DNA from: Pelagomonas calceolata
Lineage: Eukaryota
Reading direction: 5' to 3'
DNA: 64,000 nt
NCBI GenBank assembly: GCA_918797485.1
Contig: CAKKNE010000006.1
Location: 2,852,001-2,916,000 of the forward strand
Under the pieces are notes generated by a model, which did not search any database, was not told the DNA's origin, and saw nothing but the letters and a program-made list of their open reading frames with translations. Made by a program: the position numbers and the translations under genes. How positions within the stretch are numbered: position 1 is the stretch's first letter; each line of letters starts with the position of its first letter. Below are positions 41,854-53,087 of this stretch, piece by piece.

Positions 41854-44604
41854 CTATAAGACGCCCATCCGCTCCATGTTTCGCAATCTCACGGAAGCGG
41901 CGTGGACGGTCGAGCCCACGTGCTTGAACCGCGCGTGGCCCGTATAGCGCTTGATCTCCGCTTTCTCGCGGCGGCCCTTCCAACGATAATAAAGTTCGAA
42001 GGGGCGCAGGACGACGGCCTCAATGACGAGCTCGTGCTCGGAGAGGACCGTGTCCACCCTCCAGAGGCGCCGGAGCACGCTGTATTGCCAGGCGGTCAGC
42101 GCGTCCTCGAGCCCGTAGACCTTCTGAAGGATGTCGGGCCCCGGCCCTTTCGGGTCGAAGAAATCGCGCTCGATCTGCGCGACGCGCGCTTTCCCGTCCG
42201 TGTGCTTCGCCCGGGCGCCGTAGAAGATCGCCGCGAAACGATCGTCGACGTCGCCCATGCCGAGGAGCAGGTCCGGCGGGCACGGCACAGCTAGGTGCCA
42301 CCGGCGATCCAAATCGACGCCCAGTCGGGAGCAGACCAGCCGGTGGCGCGCCTCGATAATCAGGAACTCCCGCTTCAGCCTCGCCGTGGGCTTGGTCTGC
42401 CACGCGCGGCGGCGGTGCAGCCGTTCCCAGTAATCGCGGTAACAGCGGCTGGACGGCGGCGGGTGGAGCGGCGCGGGCTCCTCCGGGTCGTCGTCGGAGC
42501 AGTCGCACTCGGTGCTGTCGCCGTCGGAGGCGTCCTCGTCCGACGGCGGCGGCGGCGGCGACGCGGCCTTTTTGCGGCGGCTGCGCTTTGAGCTCGACGG
42601 GCGGCCGCGCGACTCGCTCGATGCGCTCGGCGAGCGCGGCGGTATCGGCGATGGCGTCGGCGACCGCTGAACAGTAGCACCGCGGCCGCGGCCGCCGCGT
42701 GCGCGCGCGCCGCGCGGCGACGCGGCCGCCGGTGCCGGGGCAGCTGCCGCGGCGCCGCGCGCCTGCCGGCGGCGCCGCGCGCTGGCCGCAGCTTCCGGCG
42801 CGCCGGCGACGGCGCCATCGCCGCCGCGGCCGCGCGTCGGCGACGAGATGGGCATGGCGTCCGGGTCGTCCTCGCCGTCGCTGCCTTCACCAGACGGTTT
42901 GGGCTTCTTTGACTTCCTCCCCGCCTTCGCGGACGACGTAGGCTTTGCCGTCGGCCTCCGTCCCGGCGTCTTGTCTCGGGGCGGCGGCGGCGCTGCGCGC
43001 GCGCGCGGGCGCCGGGTCGGCTCGCGGCGGCCCCGCGCCGGCGGCGGCGCAGGAGCAGGCGCATGCGCGGCGTCGGCCGTGGCCGCGGCGCCGCGGCGCC
43101 GCGACGACGTGGCGGACGCCGGCGCGCGCGCGGGCGGCGCGCGCGGCGCGGGCGGCTCGCGGCGCCGCGGCGGCGGCCGCGGCGCGGGCGCGGGCTCGGG
43201 CACGGTGGCGGCGCCGAGACCTCGGCGTGCCGCGGCCTCGGCTTGTTGGGATCGGCAGCGGAAGCACGCGTAGTCCTCGGGGCACTCGGCGTCTTCCGCG
43301 CCGGCGGCACACACGGCGTGCTGCCACGTTTTGCACGTCGGACACTCCCACATGGCCTTGCCGTCGTCGTAGTTCGTGCCGGACACCCCGCACAAGCAAT
43401 CGAAGCGCCACGTGGCGGCGCTTTCCGCGGGCATCGGCGCGCGCGCGGCGGGCGCGGCCGTCGGCAGCGGCGCGGTGCGGCGGCCCTGCATCGACGCGAG
43501 CGCCCCTTTGCCGGGCTGGTTCGGCAGCTGGCCGTCCTTGACGCCGCGCTTGCGCGCCGCGAGGTTTTCCCGCAGCTCCGCGTCGCGCACCGCGCGGCCG
43601 CACTTCTTCAGCACGAGGTCGGCCGCCCTGGCGAGGCCGTTCTTGTCGCGCCGGAAGCGTTTGACCTTGCGCTCGCGCCGGCCGCGCGGGCCCTCGCGGT
43701 ACTCGACCACGACCCAGTTGTCGGGGTCGGTCGGGCAGGGATGACTGCCCGGGCCGAGGCCGAGGCCGCGCCGCAGCGCGCTATACGCGCCGGTTCCCGG
43801 TGCGGCCCGCGGCACGCGCCCGCCCGACGCCTTCCGCCGCGCCATCTCCTCGATGACCCACGCCTTGAAGGCGCGCTCCTTCTCGGTGCCCACGGGGAGG
43901 CGGTTCTCCGCGCCGTCGTGGTCCGGGTGCAGCGCCAGCGCGACGACCGTCTCTCGATGCGCCCGCGTGAACGCCTCTTCCTCGCAGTCCGCCCGCGTGA
44001 CCGCGGCCGCGTACCTTGCGAGGTCTTCGGCCGTCGGCTCGCGCGCGTCGCCGTGCGCTTCGTGGAAGAGCCGTCGCGCCAGGTCCTCCCGCATAGCTTC
44101 GGGGGCGAATGAGACAGGAGCGCGCTTCGTCAGGACCGGGTAGCAGACCGGCTGCCCTCGATTTGACCAGAACGCGAGCACAGCCGCGCCCGTGCCGTCG
44201 TCCGACGTGTCCTCGTCGCTGCCGTCGTTGAAGACGACGGCTACCACCAAGTTTTCGCCCGGGCCGGCGGCGTCGACGCCCTTGTGCCACTTCTCCGCGC
44301 CGCGGGCCGGCGCTCTCTCCTCCGGCTTGCAGGTCTCACTAATTCTCGTTGAAATGCTACCATGGGGCGCCTTGCGTCTGAACAATATGACCGGTGGGTC
44401 GTCGCGTCTTTTGGCCAAGGCCCAGTGATCGGTGCACGTCACGAAGGCCAACAAGTCGGTGGATTGTGTCAAGTTGTACTTGGGGCCGCGCGCGATCTTG
44501 AGCAGCCGCGCGAGTTCGGCTTTGTGCAAAGGGTTCTTGCAATTGTATGCGATGGCTTTCAATTTTTTGGAGTCGCCCGGCTTGGCCTGACCCTTAGAGG
44601 CCAT
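41854..44604 (-). CDS. PHD-finger protein with long low-complexity region
   Basis: FDCLCG...DDGKAMWECPTCKTWQHAVC...YACFRC (C4HC3); ATG 44604 (MASKGQ). Confidence 0.8.
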   Translation of the reverse strand: MASKGQAKPGDSKKLKAIAYNCKNPLHKAELARLLKIARGPKYNLTQSTDLLAFVTCTDHWALAKRRDDPPVILFRRKAPHGSISTRISETCKPEERAPARGAEKWHKGVDAAGPGENLVVAVVFNDGSDEDTSDDGTGAAVLAFWSNRGQPVCYPVLTKRAPVSFAPEAMREDLARRLFHEAHGDAREPTAEDLARYAAAVTRADCEEEAFTRAHRETVVALALHPDHDGAENRLPVGTEKERAFKAWVIEEMARRKASGGRVPRAAPGTGAYSALRRGLGLGPGSHPCPTDPDNWVVVEYREGPRGRRERKVKRFRRDKNGLARAADLVLKKCGRAVRDAELRENLAARKRGVKDGQLPNQPGKGALASMQGRRTAPLPTAAPAARAPMPAESAATWRFDCLCGVSGTNYDDGKAMWECPTCKTWQHAVCAAGAEDAECPEDYACFRCRSQQAEAAARRGLGAATVPEPAPAPRPPPRRREPPAPRAPPARAPASATSSRRRGAAATADAAHAPAPAPPPARGRREPTRRPRARAAPPPPRDKTPGRRPTAKPTSSAKAGRKSKKPKPSGEGSDGEDDPDAMPISSPTRGRGGDGAVAGAPEAAASARRRRQARGAAAAAPAPAAASPRGARARGGRGRGATVQRSPTPSPIPPRSPSASSESRGRPSSSKRSRRKKAASPPPPPSDEDASDGDSTECDCSDDDPEEPAPLHPPPSSRCYRDYWERLHRRRAWQTKPTARLKREFLIIEARHRLVCSRLGVDLDRRWHLAVPCPPDLLLGMGDVDDRFAAIFYGARAKHTDGKARVAQIERDFFDPKGPGPDILQKVYGLEDALTAWQYSVLRRLWRVDTVLSEHELVIEAVVLRPFELYYRWKGRREKAEIKRYTGHARFKHVGSTVHAASVRLRNMERMGVL

Positions 44605-44731
44605 GGCTGCAACCGATAGTCCGAAGAACGAAAGAATGCACAATTCTGGGCAGCTGGAGCGACCGAGAGCAGCTATACGACGGCTAGTGCTGCAATCGCA
44701 CAGCGACGACTCGCAATAAAAAAACAGGCGA

Positions 44732-44754
44732 CTAGCGTATTGGACATACTAGGA
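44732..44754 (+). promoter_or_regulatory. degenerate CTAG-bounded element, copy 9
   Basis: CTAGCGTATTGGACATACTAGGA in the divergent gap between the PHD gene and pyruvate carboxylase. Confidence 0.4.
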
Positions 44755-45408
44755 TCGTCACCTCGAGATTTAAGCAGGACCTGCGCGTTTGAGCGCTTCA
44801 GCCGACTACACGATGTACAGAATGCTCCGACTAGTTGCTTGTGTCACGCGACTCCTTCGGAGGTACCTGGGACCTGACGGTCGAAACGCTGCCGCTCGTC
44901 CCGTCGATAAAAATCCGCGGCGAGAACCTTACGTACGACGAGGGGGTATTGATCTACACGGTCGGCGACAAGTCCCCATCAACCTGGGACGTGTTCCACG
45001 CGGACGGTGACGTTGTCTGCGCAGTGTCGTCCACGACGGGGGTGAATGTGATAAGACGGATAGGCTAGTCCCTTGCTGTGCTGGTTCTCCACACGTCGCG
45101 CCTCGCCCCCTTTCGCACACGTCGACTGGGTACCCAGCTCAGGTCCGTTGCACCAAATGCCCCAGCGACTGCAGCCAGAGCTAAAAATCGTGGAAGACGC
45201 CCTCGCAGCGACGCGCAGAGGCATTCGTGGACGCGGCGAGTGCACGGGAGCTGCCACTGGTACCGGCCGCAGCTTCCTGGCAGCAGGAACTGCGTCGCGA
45301 GCAGCTCTAGGAGCAGAGCACGGCTGAAACAGGGAGAGGTGCTCTCGACAGCGACGGACGCGACCGACCACCCTCGAAACGCCGCGTCACAGCTATTAGC
45401 AAGCAAAA

Positions 45409-48400
45409 ATGATGCGCTCCACCCTCCTACGCCGCCGCGCCGCCACGGCCCGCCGCACCCTAGCATTGGCGCCGCGCCGCCAGATCAAGAAGCTCATGGC
45501 GGCCAACCGCGGCGAGATCGCCATCCGCATCTTCCGGGCGGCCACGGAGTTGGATATCAGGACGGTCGCCATCTACTCGAAGGAGGACAAGAAGTCGATG
45601 CACCGCTACAAGGCGGACGAAGCTTACCAGGTCGGCACGAATGCCTCACCAGTCGGCGCTTACTTGGGATATGAGGAGATCGTGAAGGTAGCTCTGGAGA
45701 ATGATGTCGACGCCATCCACCCGGGCTACGGGTTTCTGAGCGAGAACGTGCACTTCGCGCGACTCTGTGAGGCGAACGGCATCGCGTTCGTGGGACCCGA
45801 ATCTTCCGTGCTCAACAAGTTTGGAGACAAAACTTTGGCCAGACAACTAGCCATCGATGCGGGAGTCCCAGTAGTGCCAGGTACGGACGGCGAGTGCAAC
45901 ACGCACGAGGAAGTGCGCAGCTTCATCGAGGACGGTCCGGACCCGGTCGGCTACCCCGTGATCGTGAAGGCGGCGCACGGCGGCGGCGGTAGAGGCATGA
46001 GGGTTGTTCGCTCAGCAGCAGAACTGGAAGAGAACCTCGCGCGGGCGCAAAGCGAAGCGCTGACGGCCTTCGGCAACGCCGCCGTGTTTGTGGAGCGGTA
46101 TGTCGAGGCTCCTAGACACGTCGAAGTCCAGATTCTATCAGATGGCGAGACGACGTTCCACCTCTATGAAAGAGACTGCTCCGTGCAGCGGCGCTTCCAG
46201 AAAGTTGTTGAAATTGCCCCTTCGGTAGGACTCCCGGAAGAGCTGCAAAAAGCTCTGCATGACGACGCCGTGCGCTTGACGTCGGCGGCGGGCTATAGAG
46301 CGGCAGGAACGGTGGAGTTCCTAGTCGATCCCCAGACCTGGAAGCACTATTTTATCGAGGTGAACCCGCGGATCCAGGTCGAGCACACGGTCACGGAAGT
46401 CGTGACGGGCGTCGATCTCGTGCAGTCGCAGATTCGCGTGGCCCAGGGCGAGACGCTGGCGGAGATCGGTTTGCATTCCCAGGACGACATTCAAGTAAGG
46501 GGCTACGCGATCCAGTCGCGCGTGACGACGGAGGACCCCGAGGAGGATTTCCGGCCGGACGTCGGCCGCATCCAGCTCTGGCGCCCGGGCGAGGGCTTCG
46601 GCATCCGCATGGACGGCGGCAACGCCTTCACGGGCGCGGTCATCTCGCCGCGCGGCCGCGGCGTCCCGTGAAGCTCGTTCCGCGCCGTCGACGCGTTCCA
46701 CGAACGTGGCGTGGCCGCGGCGATGGCGTCGACGCGCTGCCACGTCGCCTCGACGCCGTCGTTCAACACGCAGGCACTACGACTCGATGCTCACGAAGGT
46801 CACGGCGTCTGCCTTAACTTATGAAAGCGCCATCGACAAGCTCACACGTAGTCTGAGAGAAACGCGTATCAGAGGCGTCAAAACGAACATAGGCTTCACT
46901 TTGAATGTGCTGAAACACCCGGAATTCCGAGCTGGTAGGGCTACTACTGCTTTTATTGAAGATCATCCTGAATTATTTGAGTTCGCGAAGGGTGGGGATA
47001 GAGCGTCGAAGTTACTCATGTACCTGGCCGAGCTAGCTGTCAATGGTAGAAAAGCTGTGGGTGCGACGGGACCGACCACACCTAGATACGCGCAAGTCCT
47101 ACCGCCTCCCGTGGACGAAAAACCTAGAATCGGGTTCAAGCAGGTCCTCGAGACTTCCGGACCGGAAGGGTTCGCGAAAGCTGTCAGAGCGCACAAGGGG
47201 CTGTTGTTGACGGACACGACGATGCGCGACGCCCATCAAAGTCTCTTAGCTACGCGTGTGAGAACCAAGGACTTGGTGACGGCAGCGCCCTACACGTCGA
47301 AAGCACTCCACAACGCCTATTCCCTAGAAAACTGGGGCGGCGCGACGTTCGACGTCGCGCTGCGCTTCTTGCACGAGTGCCCCTGGGCTCGTTTAGAAGC
47401 GTTGCGGGAGGAGATCCCGAACGTGCCCTTCCAGATGCTGTTGCGGGGCGCGAACGGCGTGGGGTACACGTCGTACCCCGATAATGCCATTTTTAAATTT
47501 TGCGATACGGCTGTTAAATCAGGTATGGACGTCTTCCGGGTCTTTGATTCGTTGAATTATGTCGATAACCTGAGGCTGGGCATCGACGCCGTCGGTGCTG
47601 CGGGCGGCGTCGTCGAGTGCGCGATTGGCTATTCGGGCGACTGCACGGACGACAACTCGAAGTACAACTTGGAGTACTACCTGACCCTAGCGAGGCAACT
47701 CCAGGAGTCGGGCATTCACGTGCTGGCGATCAAGGACATGGCTGGCCTGTTGAAACCGGCGGCAGCTACCAAGTTAATAACTGCATTACGAGACGAGTTC
47801 CCCGACCTACCAATCCACGTGCACACGCACGACACGGCCGGGACTGGAGTAGCAACTTATCTAGCCTGCGCGAACGCCGGCGCGGACGCCGTCGACGTGG
47901 CCATCGACTCGATGAGCGGTCTCACGTCGCAGCCGGCGATGGGCGCCGTCGTCGGGTCGTTAGCCGGTGGCCATTTAGACACGGGCGTGCAATTAGACGA
48001 CATCGCGCCCTTGATCGACTACTGGGAGTCGACGCGCGTGTCGTACGCGGCGTTCGAGTCGGGGCAGAAGTCCGGCTCCGCGGAAGTTTATGCGCATGAA
48101 ATCCCGGGAGGGCAGTACACGAACATGCTCTTCCAGGCGACGCAGAACGGTTTGGCGGAGCAGTGGCCCGCGGTCAAGAGAGCCTACGCCGAGGCCAACG
48201 ATCTGCTCGGGGACATCGTCAAGGTCACGCCGTCGTCGAAGACGTGCGGCGACCTCGCGCAGTTCATGGTCACGAACGGCTTGTCCGCCGACGACGTGCG
48301 GGAGAAGGCGTCGTCGGGTTCCTTGAACTTTCCTTCGTCGGTGGTCGAGTTCTTCCAGGGCGCTTTAGGTATACCGGTCGGTGGCTTTCCGGAGCCGTTG

Positions 48401-49111
48401 CGCACGGATGTGTTGCGGGGTGCCAAGAAGCTCGACGAGACGTTCACGGGGCGGCCCGGCGCCGAGCTACCGGACGTCGACTTGGAGGCTGTGAGAACGA
48501 CTCTAGAAGCGACGCACGGCATCGAGATCGACGACAAGCAACTCATGAGCGCGGTCATGTACCCCAAGGTCTTCGAGGACTTCATGGCGGCGACGACCGA
48601 GTTCGGGGACCTCTCGGCGCTGCCCACGCGCAATTTCGTCGAGCCCATGGAGGTCGGGGAAGAGGTCGATTTGTCCTTTGGGCAGGGCGTCAACGTCAAT
48701 GTGAAATTGATCGGTCTCGGCGACCTCGATGAAGCGACCGGGACCAGGGAGTGCTTCTTTGAAGTGAACGGCTTCCCTCGCAGCGTCAAGCGCCTGGATG
48801 AGACGGCGTCCAGTAATGTGGTCGTGCGGCCGAAGGCGGACTCGTCGCAGATCGGGGCGGTGGGGGCGCCGATGCCCGGCGTGGTGGTCGACGTGAAGGT
48901 GGCCGTCGGCGATTCCGTGAGCGCGGGCGACCCTATGGTTGTTCTCTCAGCAATGAAAATGGAGACAGTTTGTGCTGCCTCTATCGATGGCGTTGTGTCC
49001 GGCGTCTCGGTGGCGATGGGCGACGCGCTCCAGCCGGGCGATTTGCTCGTGACGATCAAGGAATCGAACAACAACGAGGCCGACGCCGAGCCGGAGGCGC
49101 TTGCGGCCTGA
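45409..49111 (+). CDS. PYC: pyruvate carboxylase, probably mitochondrial (2 exons, ~1,192 aa)
   Basis: [49 protein letters not shown] and biotinyl AMKM; the GC-AG intron 46650-46773 restores VISP|HYDSML; Arg-rich presequence. Confidence 0.96.
46650..46773 (+). other. GC-AG intron (124 bp) with Introner-like cores
   Basis: A GC donor is needed to restore the conserved ISPHYDS motif exactly; contains GCCGTCGACGCG and CGATGGCGTCGACGCG. Confidence 0.85.
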
Positions 49112-49352
49112 TCCTTTCCCCATCCTTCCCCTTTGATTGTATGGCTAGAGTAAGGGCGACTTAGTCAGTCATGGAGATGGGGGCGTCGGCGCTATGCGTC
49201 GGCGATTGAGGTAATGGAGCGCCGGGTCGATGGCCGCCCGCGCGGCGGAGGCGATTGAGGTGACGATGGCGAGGTGGTGGTGGTGGCGGTGGTGATAATG
49301 ATGACTCCCTCACAGTGACGGAGGGGATGGGGCCGATGGCTGCCCGAGGCGC

Positions 49353-49736
49353 TCAGGGGCAGTCGAAGGTGACGCCACACGTCGTCGGGCCGCACGGCGG
49401 GGCAGGTCCATATCTGCCGGTGGCGAACATGTCGGTCACGGTGACGCCGTTGGCCACGCACCAGCCAAGGGTCTGGTTGAACGACGAGGCGCCTTTGAAC
49501 ATCTCGTACATAGTCGTGACCTTGTCGACGCTCCAGGCGCTGAGCGGGTGGTTGAAGGACGAGGCTTCTACGAACATCTGGTACATACGTGTGACCTTGT
49601 CGACCCGCCAGTCGGCGAGCGTTTGGTTGAACGCCAAGGCCCTGTCGAACGTCTTAGTCATATCAGTGACCTTGGAGACGTTCCAGCCGCCGATCGGTTG
49701 GTTGAACACTTGGGCAGCCGTGAACATCCCAAACAT
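49353..49736 (-). pseudogene. DUF285/BspA-like (PARCEL) repeat fragment or short gene
   Basis: Tandem ~25 aa repeats of the form MF..A..FNQ.(I/L)..W.V.KVT.M; N-terminus looks truncated immediately next to element copy 10. Confidence 0.7.
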
Positions 49737-49779
49737 ATTCGTGACGGCCGACGTAGGTTGGCGCCGCGGTTTTTTTCCT

Positions 49780-49804
49780 TTGCTAGTGTCTTACAGGTCG
49801 CTAG
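49780..49804 (-). promoter_or_regulatory. CTAG-bounded palindromic upstream element, copy 10
   Basis: + strand TTGCTAGTGTCTTACAGGTCGCTAG. Confidence 0.6.
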
Positions 49805-49991
49805 ATCATGCGGGATTTCCTTGCGCGGGAGCCCTGGGCGCCCCATAATATAGCCTCGGGTAAATTAATTGTAAACGTCGTCGTCGCGTGCCTAGAATTG
49901 GATAGCTTAGGAGATAGAGTCCGTTCTACTTCTTGGAAAGATGGCCCCAGGAAGGATCGATAACAAACTTACAAGGGCGCGAAGAGAAGAA

Positions 49992-51729
49992 CTACACCCG
50001 GCACGCCGTCCCCTCCGACCGCCGCGCGAAGAGGAACGTGAGGTTGATGCGGTGATTTTCCAACCCCGGCGCGAAGTGCAGGGCGTCCGTCTGGTGGAAG
50101 CGGTGGCCATTCAATAACACGGCGCGGTTGAAGCGGTAGGGGATCGTCACGTAGGACGCTTCCTCATCCTGTAGGATGGAGCCGATGGCATCTAAGTCTC
50201 GATTCGCCGTCTCGAAGGTCCAGTCGGCGGGGGGCTTCTTATTCCAGATCCTCAAACCGCCCTTCTCTGAATTTAAGTTCGCTTTGTTCGGTGTGATCCA
50301 GATGTTGACGCTCACGTCGGCGTCGTCCGAGTGAACATCGATGCCGCGCGGATGGCCGTCCCGCGGGTAGGCGTAGGCCCAGGCCTGCCGCAGCGCCGTG
50401 TCGCCGAGCAACTCCGGGAAAGTTTGTCGTAGTTCGGACGCGACCTGCTGGACGACGCCCGCCGCCCCAAACCCGTCGCCTAAGAAAGCGCCCAGATACC
50501 CCTGCGCGTAGGCCCGCGTGAACACCGTGCTGCCCAGGACGAAGTCTCGTAGCCTCGTCAACGTTTCGTCCTTCAAAATGCCGTCGACGATCGCAACACC
50601 ATCAGCCTCAAATGTCCGCGTGGTCGTTTCCACATCTATAGCGGCGAGCGCGCCGCCTTCAACAGAAGGCGCGTCGACGATGCACGCCGCCGCCCCGAGG
50701 ACTTTTGGAGAAGAAGCATTCAAGCGATCGATGGGCAGGTCGAGGCGGCCCTCCTCATTCTTAGCAACATAATCGTAGGCCGCGGCCTCGTCTTCATCGA
50801 TAGCATGGCGCCTTCTTAACTCCGTCGACAGATCCCTCAACAAATCCAGTTCCTCGATAGTCTTCCGCACGTCTAGGGAAGCGTGGCACGTTGGTCCGCG
50901 GCGGAGCTGGTCCGCGACGAACTTCGGTAGGGTAGAATGGACCCAGCCTGCGTGGAACGACACTGTCGCAAAACTGCCACGTCGACGGCGTCGCGGCGAC
51001 CGCGTCACGTCGAAGTTCGTTTTCTGCTCCGAGCCACGGACCCATCTGGACGTGCGACCGGCTCTCCTCGACGGACGGGGACCAGGCCACGCGCGGCTCG
51101 AGCGTTACTGAGAGGTCCAGCGACCCACCAAGAACTAATGAAGGCAACGACCCGTCGGGCGGCCATTTTAGTTCAGCGAAGCGTCTCGCAAAATACGCCG
51201 TCGCGTCGGCCACGCCGAACAGGTCCTGCCCGGCCAACATGCCGAAGCGCGCCGCGCGCGCGCGCCGCGGCTCCAGGCGTAGAGCCAGCCCCGCGGCGTC
51301 CATGGCCACTGAAGCCGCCGCCGTACCTCCAGTGCGGTTATTTACAAAATTGCGATCCGCCGCGCAATAACAAAACCCCGCCGCCTGCTCGAGGGCGTAG
51401 CCCTCGTCTGGCGTGCCGACCGCGTCCCTCAATTTTTCAGAGGGAAAGGCGTGGCCCGGCAGGCGGCAGTGCGTCGCCGCGTTTGAAATGACGTGCCGCG
51501 CGTCGAAGCGCGCCTCCATGGCCCTTACCAAAACGTCCTCGACGCACCGCCCGTCGCCTTCAGGACAATCACCCCCAGTCATCGCCGGGTGCTTTTGCCT
51601 CCATGCTCGCGCGATGCGCTGCAGGTCGTCATTAATAGCGAAGCGCAGCGGCGCGTACGTCCCGTCGAGCTCGAGGTCCAGGACGTACGCATTGCTGGTG
51701 ATGATGGTGAGGAGGGCTGCCCGCCTCAT
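49992..51729 (-). CDS. 2OG-Fe(II) oxygenase-like protein with signal peptide (2 exons)
   Basis: IDVHSDDADVSVNIWITP (HxD), YRFNRAVL...FHQTD and RINLTFLF; intron acceptor at 50948, donor ~51008 (uncertain). Confidence 0.7.
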
Positions 51730-51857
51730 CGTCGCATGTTTGGCTCGTGGAGGCTGCCCGAGTTCGCGTGCGGGTCCCGAGAGCTGCCGACGCCGAGTGT
51801 CTGGCGATGTTGGCTCTTGCGCGCAGCGCTTTTTGCCAAGCGCTCCCCCAAGGAGAC

Positions 51858-51885
51858 GCTAGCGGCACGTAAGGTACTAGCAAGC
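51858..51885 (+). promoter_or_regulatory. CTAG-bounded palindromic element, copy 11 (orientation exception)
   Basis: GCTAGCGGCACGTAAGGTACTAGCAAGC, ~130 bp upstream of ATG 51729 but pointing away from it. Confidence 0.5.
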
Positions 51886-53087
51886 TCCGATTTGACGCGT
51901 TCAAGATACTAAATACAGACAACACCAAAGTTAGATTCCTAGCGCTTCCGCCGCCCGGCCTTCGCGGCCGCCGCGCCCTTCTCCTGGGCGCGCGGGTCAG
52001 CGTTCGGCGACACGCGGTCCCGCTGATTGAGGCGCTCCTGCCGCTCCACCGAGTCCCCGCGCCGCCCCTTCGACGAAGATGACGACGACGGCCCCGCCTT
52101 GGGCCGCTTCGCGGCCGGCTTTTTCGAGGACGTGCCCGCCGGCGCCGCCGGCCGCGGCCGCTTCCCCCCCGACGACGAGTGCGGCGTATATTCCGGCGAC
52201 TATTCCATATTAGACTTCTCGGGGCGAGTGGCTGCTTGGCTCTGATGCGTGCCGCGCGTACGCCGCGCGCACTAAAAAACAAATCGGGCCAAGCGGCAGC
52301 ATCGTTAATTGCTGTCAACGTGCCTGCCTTGCGCAGCCGGTGCGGCGTGGACGCAATGGGAGTGCGGCAGCGCCTCGACGCCATCGCCGCAGCGCCGCGA
52401 GCGCGGGCGTGCCTAGTCCTGGCGTGCTGTCTCATCAGATGCTGCCCCATGGGCTCCCGCTGGAGCCCCAGCGGCAGAGCCGCGCGCTGGGGTCACGATA
52501 GACAGCGCAGCCACCGCGCGCGGTGGGCCACGACGTCGCGGGCTTTCGCCGGGCGCAGACGATGGATGCGGCTCGTCGACGCGCACATCGATCCCGAGCC
52601 GCCGCGGCTTGACTCTGAGAGCCAGGCCGCGGTTGCTGTGTTTTATTGTGATGTTGTTTCCGTAAATGCCGTTCTCGCCGAATTTCGCTCGTCTTGCTCG
52701 AAAACTCGAAAAACCCGACACAAAAGACCTGAACCATTCCCTGTCAACAAGAACACAGTGCGCGGCCCACACGGATCGCAGCTGCGTCTGGTGAGGCGAC
52801 CGTACATCTCTGCGCCGACGCCGCGAAGTCTTGCCGAAGCGCTACGGCCCGAGGGCGCCTGTAGCCGAAGCTTACAGCACTTTTGGCCCTTGTGTGCCAG
52901 TGCTCTAGCGCGGGCTCCCGCGGTCGCTGCGCGCCGCCCTCGCGCTGAAGGAAGGCGCCTGACGCTCCGATTCTGCGCTGCCGACGGCCCGTCGTTCTGC
53001 GCCGCACCTGCCGAGACGCTGCCGCTCGACGCCGCAGCGCTCACGAAAACACCTTCAAGGTCACGGACGCACGCGTTCGCCGGCATC

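Noticed and set aside
46650..46773. Frame breaks in pyruvate carboxylase, nucleoredoxin, IDO-like and C2 genes as pseudogenisation or programmed frameshifts
   Set aside because: Each is resolved by a plausible intron that restores conserved motifs
52179..53087. 5' extension of ORF 52179..53711
   Set aside because: Non-ATG start and non-coding-like composition until ATG 53088
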